DNA from: Desulfuromonadales bacterium
GTDB lineage: Bacteria > Desulfobacterota > Desulfuromonadia > Desulfuromonadales > SZUA-540
Assembly (NCBI GenBank): GCA_033549025.1
Contig: JAWSUS010000021.1
Coordinates: forward strand, 1-62,571
Direction: 5' to 3'
DNA: 62,571 nucleotides
The translations under genes and the position numbers were made by a program. The notes under the pieces are model-generated. The model ran no database searches and was not told the origin of the DNA. It saw only the letters and a program-made list of their open reading frames with translations. Below, one piece after another: positions 1 through 9,940 of this stretch (position 1 is its first letter; every line of letters starts with the position of its first letter).

Positions 1-172
1 GTTCGGTCATTTTCAACCTCCTTGGACATGGGAATATTATCCCAAATCAGTGTCCAAGAAAACTGGAGCCGCCCCAGAAAGCGATAATCTGCTGTAAAAG
101 CTCCTTCTTGTGCATGGACTCTATGTCTTTGGCGTTGGGTGCAGGCTGGTGATCAGGAAAGGGCCAAGAAAA

Positions 173-406
173 TCATTCGGCTTTTCTATGGCAGCAGCCG
201 CAGGCAGGTTTGGGGTGCACCATCTCATCGATGGTCTGTTCAAAGGCTTGTTCCAGGTCGCGGACGATCGGGGCGAACTGATTTTCTGTCAGGCCGCCGG
301 CGCAGGCGGGGCAGGTGAAGTAAGGCTGCTTGAACCAACTCAACGGACGGTGGATGGTGTTACGGCAGTAGGGGCATTCGAGAGCGACGGTTTCTTCTTT
401 GGTCAC
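173..406 (-). CDS. small zinc-ribbon/Cys-rich hypothetical protein downstream of hgcB
   Basis: 77 aa; CPYC and CPAC motifs, C-terminal CGCCH; CAGGAG RBS before the GTG start. Confidence 0.75.
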   Translation of the reverse strand: MTKEETVALECPYCRNTIHRPLSWFKQPYFTCPACAGGLTENQFAPIVRDLEQAFEQTIDEMVHPKPACGCCHRKAE

Positions 407-463
407 GGAGTTCTCCTGAGTTGGGTATTGGGCAGTGGAGAATATCAGAAATTTTACCAGATT

Positions 464-745
464 TCAGCACTCTTTAGCCCTATACAGCTTGTGCTCCCGC
501 AGCCACTCGTTGAGCAGACCGATGGCGCAGCCCACGCCGGCATCGACGCTGATGGCGTCCACCGGGCAATTTTGACGGCAAGCGCCACATTCCATGCAGG
601 CATCACGGTCAATCAGGCTGGCCTTGCGGTCCACGATCCTGAAAACCTGATGGGGACAGACCTCTACACAACGGCCACAGCCGATGCAGGCCAAGCGGTC
701 AAGGTCCAGAGTGACTACATCTTTCAGATAACGGAATCCCTTCAC
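464..745 (-). CDS. hgcB: mercury methylation ferredoxin HgcB, 2x[4Fe-4S]
   Basis: CIGCGRCVEVCP and CMECGACRQNCP motifs plus the conserved GVGC; lies directly downstream of hgcA. Confidence 0.95.
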   Translation of the reverse strand: MKGFRYLKDVVTLDLDRLACIGCGRCVEVCPHQVFRIVDRKASLIDRDACMECGACRQNCPVDAISVDAGVGCAIGLLNEWLREHKLYRAKEC

Positions 746-756
746 AATGCCCCCCC

Positions 757-1926
757 TTAGCCCACGAAGCGACTGATGCCCAGGAAGAGAAATCCGAGCG
801 TGAGTGAAACTCCCATAATCGGGATACCGAGATGCATTTCTTTTTTAACCCCCGAGCGGGAAGTGTAGGTCGTGCAGCCGGTGAAGTTGAGGCCGTGATA
901 GGCGCTCACCACCGGCAGAATGAGCAGGGCTGCGGCCATCGTCAGTACTGAGCTGTTGACCTTGGTCAGGAAGGAATAGCCGAGTGCCCAGAGTAAACCG
1001 ATGGTGGCCCCTTTGATGGTAAAACTTCGGGTCGGCAGCCAGGGTAAAAGCAGCGGCACCAGCGCCAGGCCGCAGAGTGCGGCGCCCAGGTAGGCGCCGA
1101 GGGCGATCAGGGCGGCCGTGAGTCCGCCGAAGGCGAGACCGGCCAGAAAGACGCCGGCGGCGATGATCGCCAAGGTCTTGAGTTCCAGCACGATCTCGAC
1201 GGGAATCAGCACCAGCCGATCATAGAACGAAAATTTCAACTGCCGCATGGCGGGGGTGGTGACCAGGCCGTTCTGGAGGAACTGCGGTAGATCGCGGGCA
1301 TCGATGGCGGCATAGGTGACAGTGAAGCCGCACTGCTGAAAGACCTGGTGGGCGGCGATACCGGGGGCCCCGAGAATGGGCAGAAGCAGGCGGCGGTGGC
1401 TGACCACCTGGGCGAGTTGTGAAGAGGCGACGCGATGCACCAGCTCCCCGGTGCCGAAAGTTTTTTTGCCGGCGGCGCACCAGACGTTAATGCCGTGGGT
1501 CTCCAGGACCAGCAGCCAGGTATGGCAGCCGGCCAGGGATTGGCGCACGAGGTCATAGGTCATTTTATAGTTGGCGGTGACGACAACGGGGGACTCGGAA
1601 GTAGGGGCCCCTATGGCGTAGAGACCCGGTGGGATGATGTAGCGCATGCGGCCGATGCCCCAACGGATTTTGCAGGCGCCCCACCGGTCTGCCCAGGTCA
1701 GTCTGCTTGTTATGCGGGGTACTTGACCACCAGGCGTTTGAAGCCAGTCGATAAAACCCGGTACTTCTTCCGTAATAACCCCACCCACGGCGGGATTGCG
1801 TGGACCTCAGCAGGGCGGTTTGTCGGGGTTGTCGCTTCCTGCAGCTTCACAGTGGGGAGTTGGCGCAGCCATTTTCAGGCCGGCGGTATTTTGCTTCTCC
1901 ACGGTTTTTTCATGGGTTTTCGTCAT
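757..1926 (-). CDS. hgcA: mercury methylation corrinoid protein HgcA, probably with selenocysteine (C39-U40)
   Basis: Cap-helix motif NVWCAAGK, TANYKMT, C-terminal TM helices with NFTGCTTYTS. Frame is open upstream of the ORF-track GTG (1788) through a single TGA (1807-1809) to ATG 1926 with a GAGGA RBS. Confidence 0.93.
1777..1797 (-). promoter_or_regulatory. candidate bacterial SECIS hairpin for hgcA
   Basis: AATCCCGCC-GTG-GGTGGGGTT stem-loop starting 9 nt 3' of the in-frame UGA. Confidence 0.6.
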
Positions 1927-2170
1927 GCGCATGTCCTCGAACGTTTCATGGCCTGTAGCGGGCTGGAGAATGCGTGAACGTACAGGGTATCCTGTTGGGC
2001 TATTTCAGTATACTATTTACTTTGGAAGTCAAAAGCACGGAGTGTATACCTTACCCAACTCCCTGTGCTAAATCATACGAAGCCGCTAGAAAAACCAGTG
2101 GTTGTTGCCGAGGGCCGGCGATCGGCCATGTGGTTTGGACCCATCTTTACTTTCAAGGCCAGGCTTCTCG

Positions 2171-2839
2171 ATGAAACTCTACAACAAACACATTCTGCCG
2201 AATCTAATTCACTTTGCCTGCAGCCTGAAACCCGCCATGCAACTGCGCGAAAAGGTGGTGCCCCTGGCTCGCGGGCAGGTGCTGGAGGTGGGCATCGGCA
2301 CGGGCCTGAATCTTCCCTATTATGATGCGGCCAAGGTGACCCATCTCTGGGCGCTTGATCCCTCCCCCGAAATGGTCCACAAAGCCGAACTGAAGGCGCG
2401 GAAAGTGACTTTTCCGGTGGAGTTCATCGAGCTGCCCTGCGAAGATATTCCTCTGGAATCAGAAAGTGTCGATACGGTTCTGGTGACCTACACCCTATGC
2501 ACCATCGTCGACGTGCAGCAGGCCTTGCGGGAGATAGGGCGCGTGCTCAAACCGGATGGCGAACTTATTTTCTGCGAACATGGCCTGGCTCCTGATGCAC
2601 GCATCCGCCGCTGGCAGAACCGTCTGGCACCGGCCTGGCGATGTCTCGGGGGCGGTTGTCATCTGAACCGCGATATCCCCGCGCTTTTAGAGGAGGGCGG
2701 GTTCGTGATTCGCAAGATGCAGGCCGCCTATGTCTCCGGTTGGGGACCCGCGTCCTACAACACCTGGGGCGTGGTGACCTGGCCCCAGCGTCCGCAGGTT
2801 TCGGTGGCCGAAATATCTCAGATGGAAAGTGGAGGATAG
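2171..2839 (+). CDS. class I SAM-dependent methyltransferase
   Basis: VLEVGIGTGLN motif I, DTVLVTYTLC, RVLKPDG, EHG; ATG 2171 preferred over TTG 2102. Confidence 0.88.
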   Translation: MKLYNKHILPNLIHFACSLKPAMQLREKVVPLARGQVLEVGIGTGLNLPYYDAAKVTHLWALDPSPEMVHKAELKARKVTFPVEFIELPCEDIPLESESVDTVLVTYTLCTIVDVQQALREIGRVLKPDGELIFCEHGLAPDARIRRWQNRLAPAWRCLGGGCHLNRDIPALLEEGGFVIRKMQAAYVSGWGPASYNTWGVVTWPQRPQVSVAEISQMESGG

Positions 2840-2842
2840 ACC

Positions 2843-3805
<963 letters not shown>

Positions 3806-3860
3806 GAACCATCAGACCATCGCTGACCCGAAGATGTCCAGAAAACGAAGAGGGACCACC

Positions 3861-5501
3861 ATGGATATTGACCCGGCCCAAACATCCTTGCTGGAACGGA
3901 TCGACCGCCTTCTCCCCAGGAGCCTGCAGCTCAAGCTCAGCCTGCTGGTCACCGGCCTGCTGGTTATTCTGGTCAGCCTGGTCGGGGCGCTCTTTTCTGA
4001 CTTTCTTCGCCATAGCCTGCTGGATGAGATCGGCGCCAAAGCCCTCGATGTCGCCCATGCCGTCTCCTACGATCCGGAAGTTCTGGAGGGCCTTCTCGCC
4101 CGGGATTCTGCTCGGACACAGGCCGTGGCCGAAAAGATCCGGCAGGCGACGGGGTCGCAATACGTGGTGATCGGCGACAGCCGCGGCATCCGCTATTCCC
4201 ATCCGGACCCCTCGCGGATCGGCCATCCTTTTGTCGGTGGGGATCTGGGGCCGGCCCTGCAGGAAGGGCGTGCTTATGTCTCCCGGGCTGTCGGCACACT
4301 GGGCGAATCGCTACGCGGCATCGTACCTTTACGCGGCGACAATCAGGACGTCATCGGCTTTGTGGCCGTTGGCTATCTGTTGCGTGACATCGACGTCACG
4401 GTCAGGGCTCAGCAGCGGCAGATTTACGGCTACATTGCCATTGTGCTGCTGTTCGGCGTCTTTGGAGCCGCTCTTATCGCCCGTGGGCTCAAGAGTGCTA
4501 TTTTTGGCCTTGAACCCCACGAAATCGCGGCCCTGTACCAGGAGCGCAACGCCATTATCGGCACCATCCGCGAAGGGGTGGTGGCCGTGGACGGAGAAGG
4601 GCAGCTGACCTTGGTCAACCAGGCGGCGCGCCGTTACCTCGGCCAGGAAGGGGATGACACCCTGCGCGGCCGCCGGCTGGCTGAGGCATGCACCAATCCC
4701 GAACTGGAACAGATGCTGACCGGGGGCCAGAGCGTCCTTGACCGGGAGATGCTGCTCAAGGGGCGGACCATGATTGTCAACGTGGCGCCCTTCAGTGGCC
4801 CGCCCCGGGGGGCGGTGGCGAGTTTCCGGCCCAAGGATGAACTCGACCGCCTCGGGCGTGAGCTGTCGCAGATGCAGGAATACTCCGAGCTGCTGCGCTC
4901 CCAGAGCCACGAATATTCCAACAAGCTGCACACCATCGCCGGCCTGCTGCAGATCGGCGCCCAGCAGGAGGCTCTGGATCTCATCATGACGGAGGCCAGC
5001 GGCTACGAGGAGTTGATCCGCACCCTGACCAAGGCGGTACCGGACCCGGTGGTGGCGGGACTCATTCTCGGCAAGTTCAACCGGGCCCGGGAGCTCAAAG
5101 TCCATCTCTCCCTGGACCCCGACAGCTCCCTGGCCGATGTGCCGGCTCCTATCGACCGTCAGCACCTGGTCACCATTCTCGGCAACCTGCTGGACAATGC
5201 CTTCGAGGCGGTTCGGGCCGGCGACCGGCCCTGGGAGGTGCGCCTGATTCTGACTGATCTGGGGGATGACCTTATTCTCGAAGTGGAGGATTCGGGACCG
5301 GGGGTGTCCCCGGAGGTGGCCGAAACCCTCTTTGACAAGGGGGTGACGACCAAGGGGCAGGCCGGGCGCGGGTTCGGCCTGTACCTGCTGCGCCAGGCGG
5401 TGACGGCGCTGGGAGGCAGCATCACCTACGGCCAGGGAGAACTGGGCGGGGCGCTCTTTACGGTCAGCATACCCAAGGCTGGCAAGGAGGAAGTAGGATG
5501 A
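3861..5501 (+). CDS. CitA/DcuS-family sensor histidine kinase
   Basis: TM-sCache (RYSHP, GTLG)-TM-PAS, LRSQSHEYSNKLH H-box, ILGNLLDNA N-box, G-boxes. Confidence 0.92.
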   Translation: MDIDPAQTSLLERIDRLLPRSLQLKLSLLVTGLLVILVSLVGALFSDFLRHSLLDEIGAKALDVAHAVSYDPEVLEGLLARDSARTQAVAEKIRQATGSQYVVIGDSRGIRYSHPDPSRIGHPFVGGDLGPALQEGRAYVSRAVGTLGESLRGIVPLRGDNQDVIGFVAVGYLLRDIDVTVRAQQRQIYGYIAIVLLFGVFGAALIARGLKSAIFGLEPHEIAALYQERNAIIGTIREGVVAVDGEGQLTLVNQAARRYLGQEGDDTLRGRRLAEACTNPELEQMLTGGQSVLDREMLLKGRTMIVNVAPFSGPPRGAVASFRPKDELDRLGRELSQMQEYSELLRSQSHEYSNKLHTIAGLLQIGAQQEALDLIMTEASGYEELIRTLTKAVPDPVVAGLILGKFNRARELKVHLSLDPDSSLADVPAPIDRQHLVTILGNLLDNAFEAVRAGDRPWEVRLILTDLGDDLILEVEDSGPGVSPEVAETLFDKGVTTKGQAGRGFGLYLLRQAVTALGGSITYGQGELGGALFTVSIPKAGKEEVG

Positions 5502-6196
5502 CCGACACAACGCTCAGGGTGCTCATCGTCGAGGATGATCCGCGTATTTCGGAACTGCACCGGCGTTTCGTGGAAAAAGTCCCCGGCTTCGAGGTGGTGG
5601 CGGTGGCCAACACCCTGGCCGATGGCGAGGAGATGGTGGAGGTACTCGGACCGGATCTGGTTCTGCTCGATCTGTTCTTTCCGGAAGGCCATGGGCTGGA
5701 TCTGCTGCGCCGTATGCGGAAGGTCGAGGCCCCCAGCGATGTCATCCTCATTACGGCCGCCCGCGAGATGGCCTCTCTGCAGGAGGCTCTGCGCGGCGGC
5801 ATTTTCGATTATATCGTCAAACCCGTGTATTTCCCCCGTTTTCAGGAGGCACTCGAAAAATTTCGCCGTTACCGGCTGCGCCTTGATTCGGGTGACGATC
5901 TGGAACAGCAGGAAATCGACCGGTTGTTGCATTCGTCGGCCCTCAAAACGACCGAGCCCGATGTCGATATGACCCCCAAGGGCATCGATCCGCTGACCTT
6001 GAAAAAGGTGCGGCAGGTCTTCGATGATCCTGCGGTCGCTGACCTCAGCGCCGACGAGGTCGGTCAGCGCATCGGCGCCAGCCGTTCCACCGCCCGCCGC
6101 TATCTGGAGTTTCTTATCACGGAAGGTTATCTCAAAGCCGATCTCATCTACGGTGTGGTGGGCCGGCCCGAACGCCGCTATGTGCGCAGCCGCTGA
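5498..6196 (+). CDS. CitB/DcuR-family response regulator
   Basis: REC domain plus C-terminal PKGIDPLTL...SRSTARRYLE wHTH; overlaps the kinase stop. Confidence 0.92.
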   Translation: MTDTTLRVLIVEDDPRISELHRRFVEKVPGFEVVAVANTLADGEEMVEVLGPDLVLLDLFFPEGHGLDLLRRMRKVEAPSDVILITAAREMASLQEALRGGIFDYIVKPVYFPRFQEALEKFRRYRLRLDSGDDLEQQEIDRLLHSSALKTTEPDVDMTPKGIDPLTLKKVRQVFDDPAVADLSADEVGQRIGASRSTARRYLEFLITEGYLKADLIYGVVGRPERRYVRSR

Positions 6197-6385
6197 AGAC
6201 CCGAACGGACAGCGCGATGAACACAATGCACAAAATGCTCGTAAAGAAATAAATTCTTTTTAAAATCCAAATATTTACACGAATTTGTCCTGGATCTATC
6301 CTTGAGCCGTATCGAGGGTGAAAAACGGGGAGAACGCGGATTGGCGCGGACTTCCCGGCACCCTCCCAAGCCAAGGAGAAGGTCC

Positions 6386-7711
6386 ATGCTCTACATTCAA
6401 TTTCTCTTTCTGCTGATGATGCTCTACATCGGCAGCCGTTTCGGCGGCATGGGGCTGGGGGTGGTTTCCGGCATCGGCCTAGCCATCGAAGTCTTCGTCT
6501 TCAAGATGCCGCCGACCAGCCCGCCTATCACCGTCATGCTCATCATTCTGGCTGTCGTCACCTGCGCCTCGGTGCTGGAAGCCGCCGGTGGGCTGCGCTA
6601 CATGCTGCAGATCGCCGAGCGCCTTCTGCGTTCGCGGCCCAAACTCATCACCCTGCTTGGCCCCCTGGTCACCTACACCATGACGGTCATGCTCGGCACC
6701 GGCCACGCCGTCTATTCCATCATGCCGATTATCGGCGATGTCGCCCTGAAAAACGGCATTCGTCCGGAACGCCCCATGGCGGCAGCCTCCGTCGCCTCGC
6801 AGCTCGGCATCACCGCCAGTCCCATTTCGGCCGCGGTCGTCTTTTACCTGACCCAACTCTCCGGTCTGGCTCCCGACCTCACGCTGCTCTCCATCCTCGG
6901 AGTGACCATTCCGGCGACCTTCATCGGTTTGCTCGCCATGGTGGCCTACAGCATGCGTCGCGGGGTCGAGTTGGACAAGGATCCCGAGTACCAGCGCCGC
7001 CTCCAGGATCCCCATTGGGGGGCTGAAATCAAGGCGAGCGCCGCCACGACCCTCGGGGAAAAGCTCCCTGCCGCCGCCCGTAATTCGGTCCTGCTCTTCC
7101 TGTTGGCCCTGGTCTCTATCGTCATCATTGCCATGGTGCCGGAAATCCGCACCCTGCAGCCTGGCGGCAAACCGATCAAGATGGATGTCATTATCCAGAT
7201 GATGATGCTCGCCTTTGGTGGCATCATCCTGCTGGTAACCCGCATCAAGGCCGCCAAGGTTTCCGACGGCGTCGTGTTCAAGCAGGGGATGGTGGCGGCC
7301 ATCGCCATCTTCGGCATCGCCTGGATGAGCGACACCTACTTCCAGTTTGCCATGCCCAGCTTCAAGGCGGGTATCACCGAGATGGTCAACAACTTCCCCT
7401 GGACCTTTGCCCTGGCCATGTTTGCCGTCTCTGTCGTCATCAACAGCCAGGCCGCGACCTGCATCATGATGCTGCCGGTGGGACTGGCCCTGGGATTGTC
7501 GCCGGCCCTGCTCATCGCCATCATGCCTTCGAGCTACGGCTACTTTTTCATCCCCAACTATCCCTCGGATATCGCTACCATCAACTTCGATATCTCGGGA
7601 ACGACGAAGATCGGGAAATTCTACTTCAACCATAGTTTCATGATGCCAGGGTTTTTCGCCGTGGTGACGGCCTGTATTGTCGGCTATGGTCTGGCTATGG
7701 TGCTGATCTGA
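6386..7711 (+). CDS. dcuB: anaerobic C4-dicarboxylate antiporter (DcuA/DcuB family)
   Basis: GIRPERPMAAASVASQ, YFFIPNYP, GTTKIGKFYFNHSF motifs; AAGGAG RBS; paralog assignment tentative. Confidence 0.88.
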   Translation: MLYIQFLFLLMMLYIGSRFGGMGLGVVSGIGLAIEVFVFKMPPTSPPITVMLIILAVVTCASVLEAAGGLRYMLQIAERLLRSRPKLITLLGPLVTYTMTVMLGTGHAVYSIMPIIGDVALKNGIRPERPMAAASVASQLGITASPISAAVVFYLTQLSGLAPDLTLLSILGVTIPATFIGLLAMVAYSMRRGVELDKDPEYQRRLQDPHWGAEIKASAATTLGEKLPAAARNSVLLFLLALVSIVIIAMVPEIRTLQPGGKPIKMDVIIQMMMLAFGGIILLVTRIKAAKVSDGVVFKQGMVAAIAIFGIAWMSDTYFQFAMPSFKAGITEMVNNFPWTFALAMFAVSVVINSQAATCIMMLPVGLALGLSPALLIAIMPSSYGYFFIPNYPSDIATINFDISGTTKIGKFYFNHSFMMPGFFAVVTACIVGYGLAMVLI

Positions 7712-7737
7712 TATAGCCGTCTGCAGGACGCCACATC

Positions 7738-7781
7738 AAAAAAGCAAGGGCCGCTTCTTTTCGGGAGGCGGCCCTTTTTTT
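7738..7781. terminator. bidirectional intrinsic terminator
   Basis: GGGCCGCTTC...GAGGCGGCCC stem flanked by A and T tracts, between convergent genes. Confidence 0.8.
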
Positions 7782-7785
7782 GTGT

Positions 7786-8757
7786 TCAGGTGGTGGGGGA
7801 ACAGGAGCAGTCGGGGTCTTTACAGGGATGCACCTCGACACTCACGTGAGTGACATGAGGCAGGGTTTTTAAACGATTTTGATAGTCCTCGGCGGTGTGT
7901 CCGCAGCCGGTAACGACGGAGGCGACCATAGCGATGTCCCGGGAGCCGATGGGCCAGAGGTGCAGATCGATGACGCGGCTTTCCTGGTCTGCTTCGATCA
8001 GTTCCCTGGCCCGGGCTTTCAAGGTGGCCGTGACGCCGCCATCGAGGAGGATCACGGCGGTGCTTTTGAGAAGCAGCCAGGCCCACCGGCTGATGAGCAG
8101 GCCGCCGACGATGCCCATCACGGGGTCGAGAGCCGTCCAGCCCAGAAAGCGGCCGGTCAGCAGGGCCACCAGGGCGAAGATGGAGGTGAGGGCATCGGCG
8201 ATGACATGCAGGTAGGCGGCCCGATAGCTATGGTCGTGCTGGCCGTCATGAGTATGATCGTGATGGTCGTGGGGATGGCCCTCTTCGGCCGTATGCAGAA
8301 TCATGACGCTGGCGAGGTTGACGATCAGACCGAGCAGCGTGACCCCGATCGCTTCATTGAAGGCGATGGTCACGGGGTTCAGCAGGCGCTGGACAGATTC
8401 GACGATCATCCAGAGGCCGGCCAGTCCCAGAAACAGAGCGCTGGTGTAGCCCGCCAGCACGCCGAACTTGCCGGTGCCGAAGGAGAAATAATCGGAGTCG
8501 CGGTGCTGCCGGGCCAGCCGATAGGCGGCGTAGGTGATCCCCAGGGCGAAGGCGTGGGTGCCCATGTGCCAGCCATCGGCCAGCAGGGCCATCGACCCCG
8601 TCAGATGGCCGGCGACAATCTCGACCGCCATGGTGGTAAGCGTCAGCAGAATGACCCAGAGGGTGCGCCGCTCATTGCCCGGATTGATCTCGGTGAATTC
8701 GTGTGAGTGCGCCAGGCGTTCGGCGGTCTGTTCGTGTCGGTTCATCTCCATCCTCAT
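7786..8757 (-). CDS. dmeF: CDF family Co/Ni/Zn efflux transporter (DmeF-like)
   Basis: SMALLADGWHM, His-rich loop HPHDHHDHTH, AAYLHVIADA. Confidence 0.88.
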   Translation of the reverse strand: MRMEMNRHEQTAERLAHSHEFTEINPGNERRTLWVILLTLTTMAVEIVAGHLTGSMALLADGWHMGTHAFALGITYAAYRLARQHRDSDYFSFGTGKFGVLAGYTSALFLGLAGLWMIVESVQRLLNPVTIAFNEAIGVTLLGLIVNLASVMILHTAEEGHPHDHHDHTHDGQHDHSYRAAYLHVIADALTSIFALVALLTGRFLGWTALDPVMGIVGGLLISRWAWLLLKSTAVILLDGGVTATLKARARELIEADQESRVIDLHLWPIGSRDIAMVASVVTGCGHTAEDYQNRLKTLPHVTHVSVEVHPCKDPDCSCSPTT

Positions 8758-8841
8758 TCAGCGTGATTGGTGCGGCAGACTGTCGACCGAGGTGGATTCG
8801 GTTCGACCTGCCCACAGGATTAACATGCCTGACAAAAAGCG

Positions 8842-9330
8842 TCAACTAATGGGTGGCGGCCGCCTTCGAAACAGGGTCGCCAGCAGACCGAGGAGCAATA
8901 TCAGCGATACCCCCTGCAGCATCCAGAAGGACCCGAGTTTTAGCCAGGCAAAGGGGGCGGCGACATAGCGGATCAGCCAGGGAGAGATGATGTCCAGCAG
9001 CAGGCTCAGCCCTAGCAGCCAGATCAGTATAGTTTTGATAGGCTCCCCAAAGGGACTAAAGAGCAGCAGGTGGCTGAAGACCACGAAAAAGAGGCCCATG
9101 GCGAAGAGGTGGAAATGGGTCACTTCCAACAGGCCAATAAAACTGCGCGGGTTCATGAATTGTTCAGGATCGCCCAGAAAATAACGCACCACACTCTGAT
9201 AGCTGAAGCCGAGCTTGTGGTGAAACATCAGGATGCCGGTCGCCCAATGCAGCAGAAAATAGACGTAAAAAAAGGCCAAAATGGCCTTGGGTAAAGGGCT
9301 TGGACCCGGGCCGGTCATCATCACGCGCAT
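8842..9330 (-). CDS. 4-TM membrane protein with intramembrane histidines
   Basis: Hydrophobic segments with HW, HFHLF and SHL; 2 nt from the upstream gene. Confidence 0.75.
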   Translation of the reverse strand: MRVMMTGPGPSPLPKAILAFFYVYFLLHWATGILMFHHKLGFSYQSVVRYFLGDPEQFMNPRSFIGLLEVTHFHLFAMGLFFVVFSHLLLFSPFGEPIKTILIWLLGLSLLLDIISPWLIRYVAAPFAWLKLGSFWMLQGVSLILLLGLLATLFRRRPPPIS

Positions 9331-9332
9331 CG

Positions 9333-9872
9333 CTAATCTCCTGTCTCTAGGAACTCTGCGACGGCGGCTATTTTTCTGACCTGTCGGGTGATCGCTTCAG
9401 CCGAAAGCGTGGCACCGGAAATTGCCTGGATATCGCCGCCGACCCGCAGGTTGCGACTGAGACGAATGCCCCGGAACTGGTCGAGCCAGCGTGTGGCCGG
9501 CATATATTCCGGTGGCTCGAAAAAGGCCAGAATTTCCGTGAAGCGGACGGTTCCATCCGCGTTGAGCACCACCATCACGGTTTCCGGCAGGGTGCGAACG
9601 ACACCGGCCTCAATGGCCGCATAGCCGGTCGTCTGTTCTGCCTTCTTTCCCACATAAAAGGTGAAGATGGGGGAGTCAGGAAGAATGCCGGAGAGCTTTT
9701 TGACCTGATCCATTTCGGCCGGGGAGAGAAAGAGATTGACCGTCTCGACCCGGTCGGCTTCGGGAAACGCCAGTTTGAGAGCCTCGGACTTGGACATGAA
9801 GGCCTTGGCTAAAGACAGATCGGGAAAGAGCAGAAGAAGAACCAGACAGAGTGAGGAAATGTATTCTTTCAT
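9333..9872 (-). CDS. periplasmic FMN-binding (flavinylated) protein
   Basis: Signal peptide; EPPEY; IQAISGATLS flavinylation motif. Confidence 0.85.
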   Translation of the reverse strand: MKEYISSLCLVLLLLFPDLSLAKAFMSKSEALKLAFPEADRVETVNLFLSPAEMDQVKKLSGILPDSPIFTFYVGKKAEQTTGYAAIEAGVVRTLPETVMVVLNADGTVRFTEILAFFEPPEYMPATRWLDQFRGIRLSRNLRVGGDIQAISGATLSAEAITRQVRKIAAVAEFLETGD

Positions 9873-9884
9873 AGGGCACGTCCT

Positions 9885-9924
9885 GAAAAAAGGCCGGAGA
9901 GGTGGAGGCTGCCCCTCTCCGGCC
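9885..9924 (-). terminator. intra-operon terminator after the porin gene
   Basis: GGCCGGAGAGG...CCTCTCCGGCC stem followed by a U tract on the minus strand. Confidence 0.65.
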
Positions 9925-9940
9925 ACATAACAACTGTTTG

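Noticed and set aside
1..30. Gene start at the window edge (minus-strand ATG at 10 with GGAGG RBS)
   Set aside because: Only three codons are visible, so no product can be assigned
2171..2839. Methyltransferase beside hgcA as an ArsM or Hg-methylation accessory
   Set aside because: Looks like a generic class I methyltransferase; I cannot identify the ArsM cysteine pattern, and adjacency alone is insufficient
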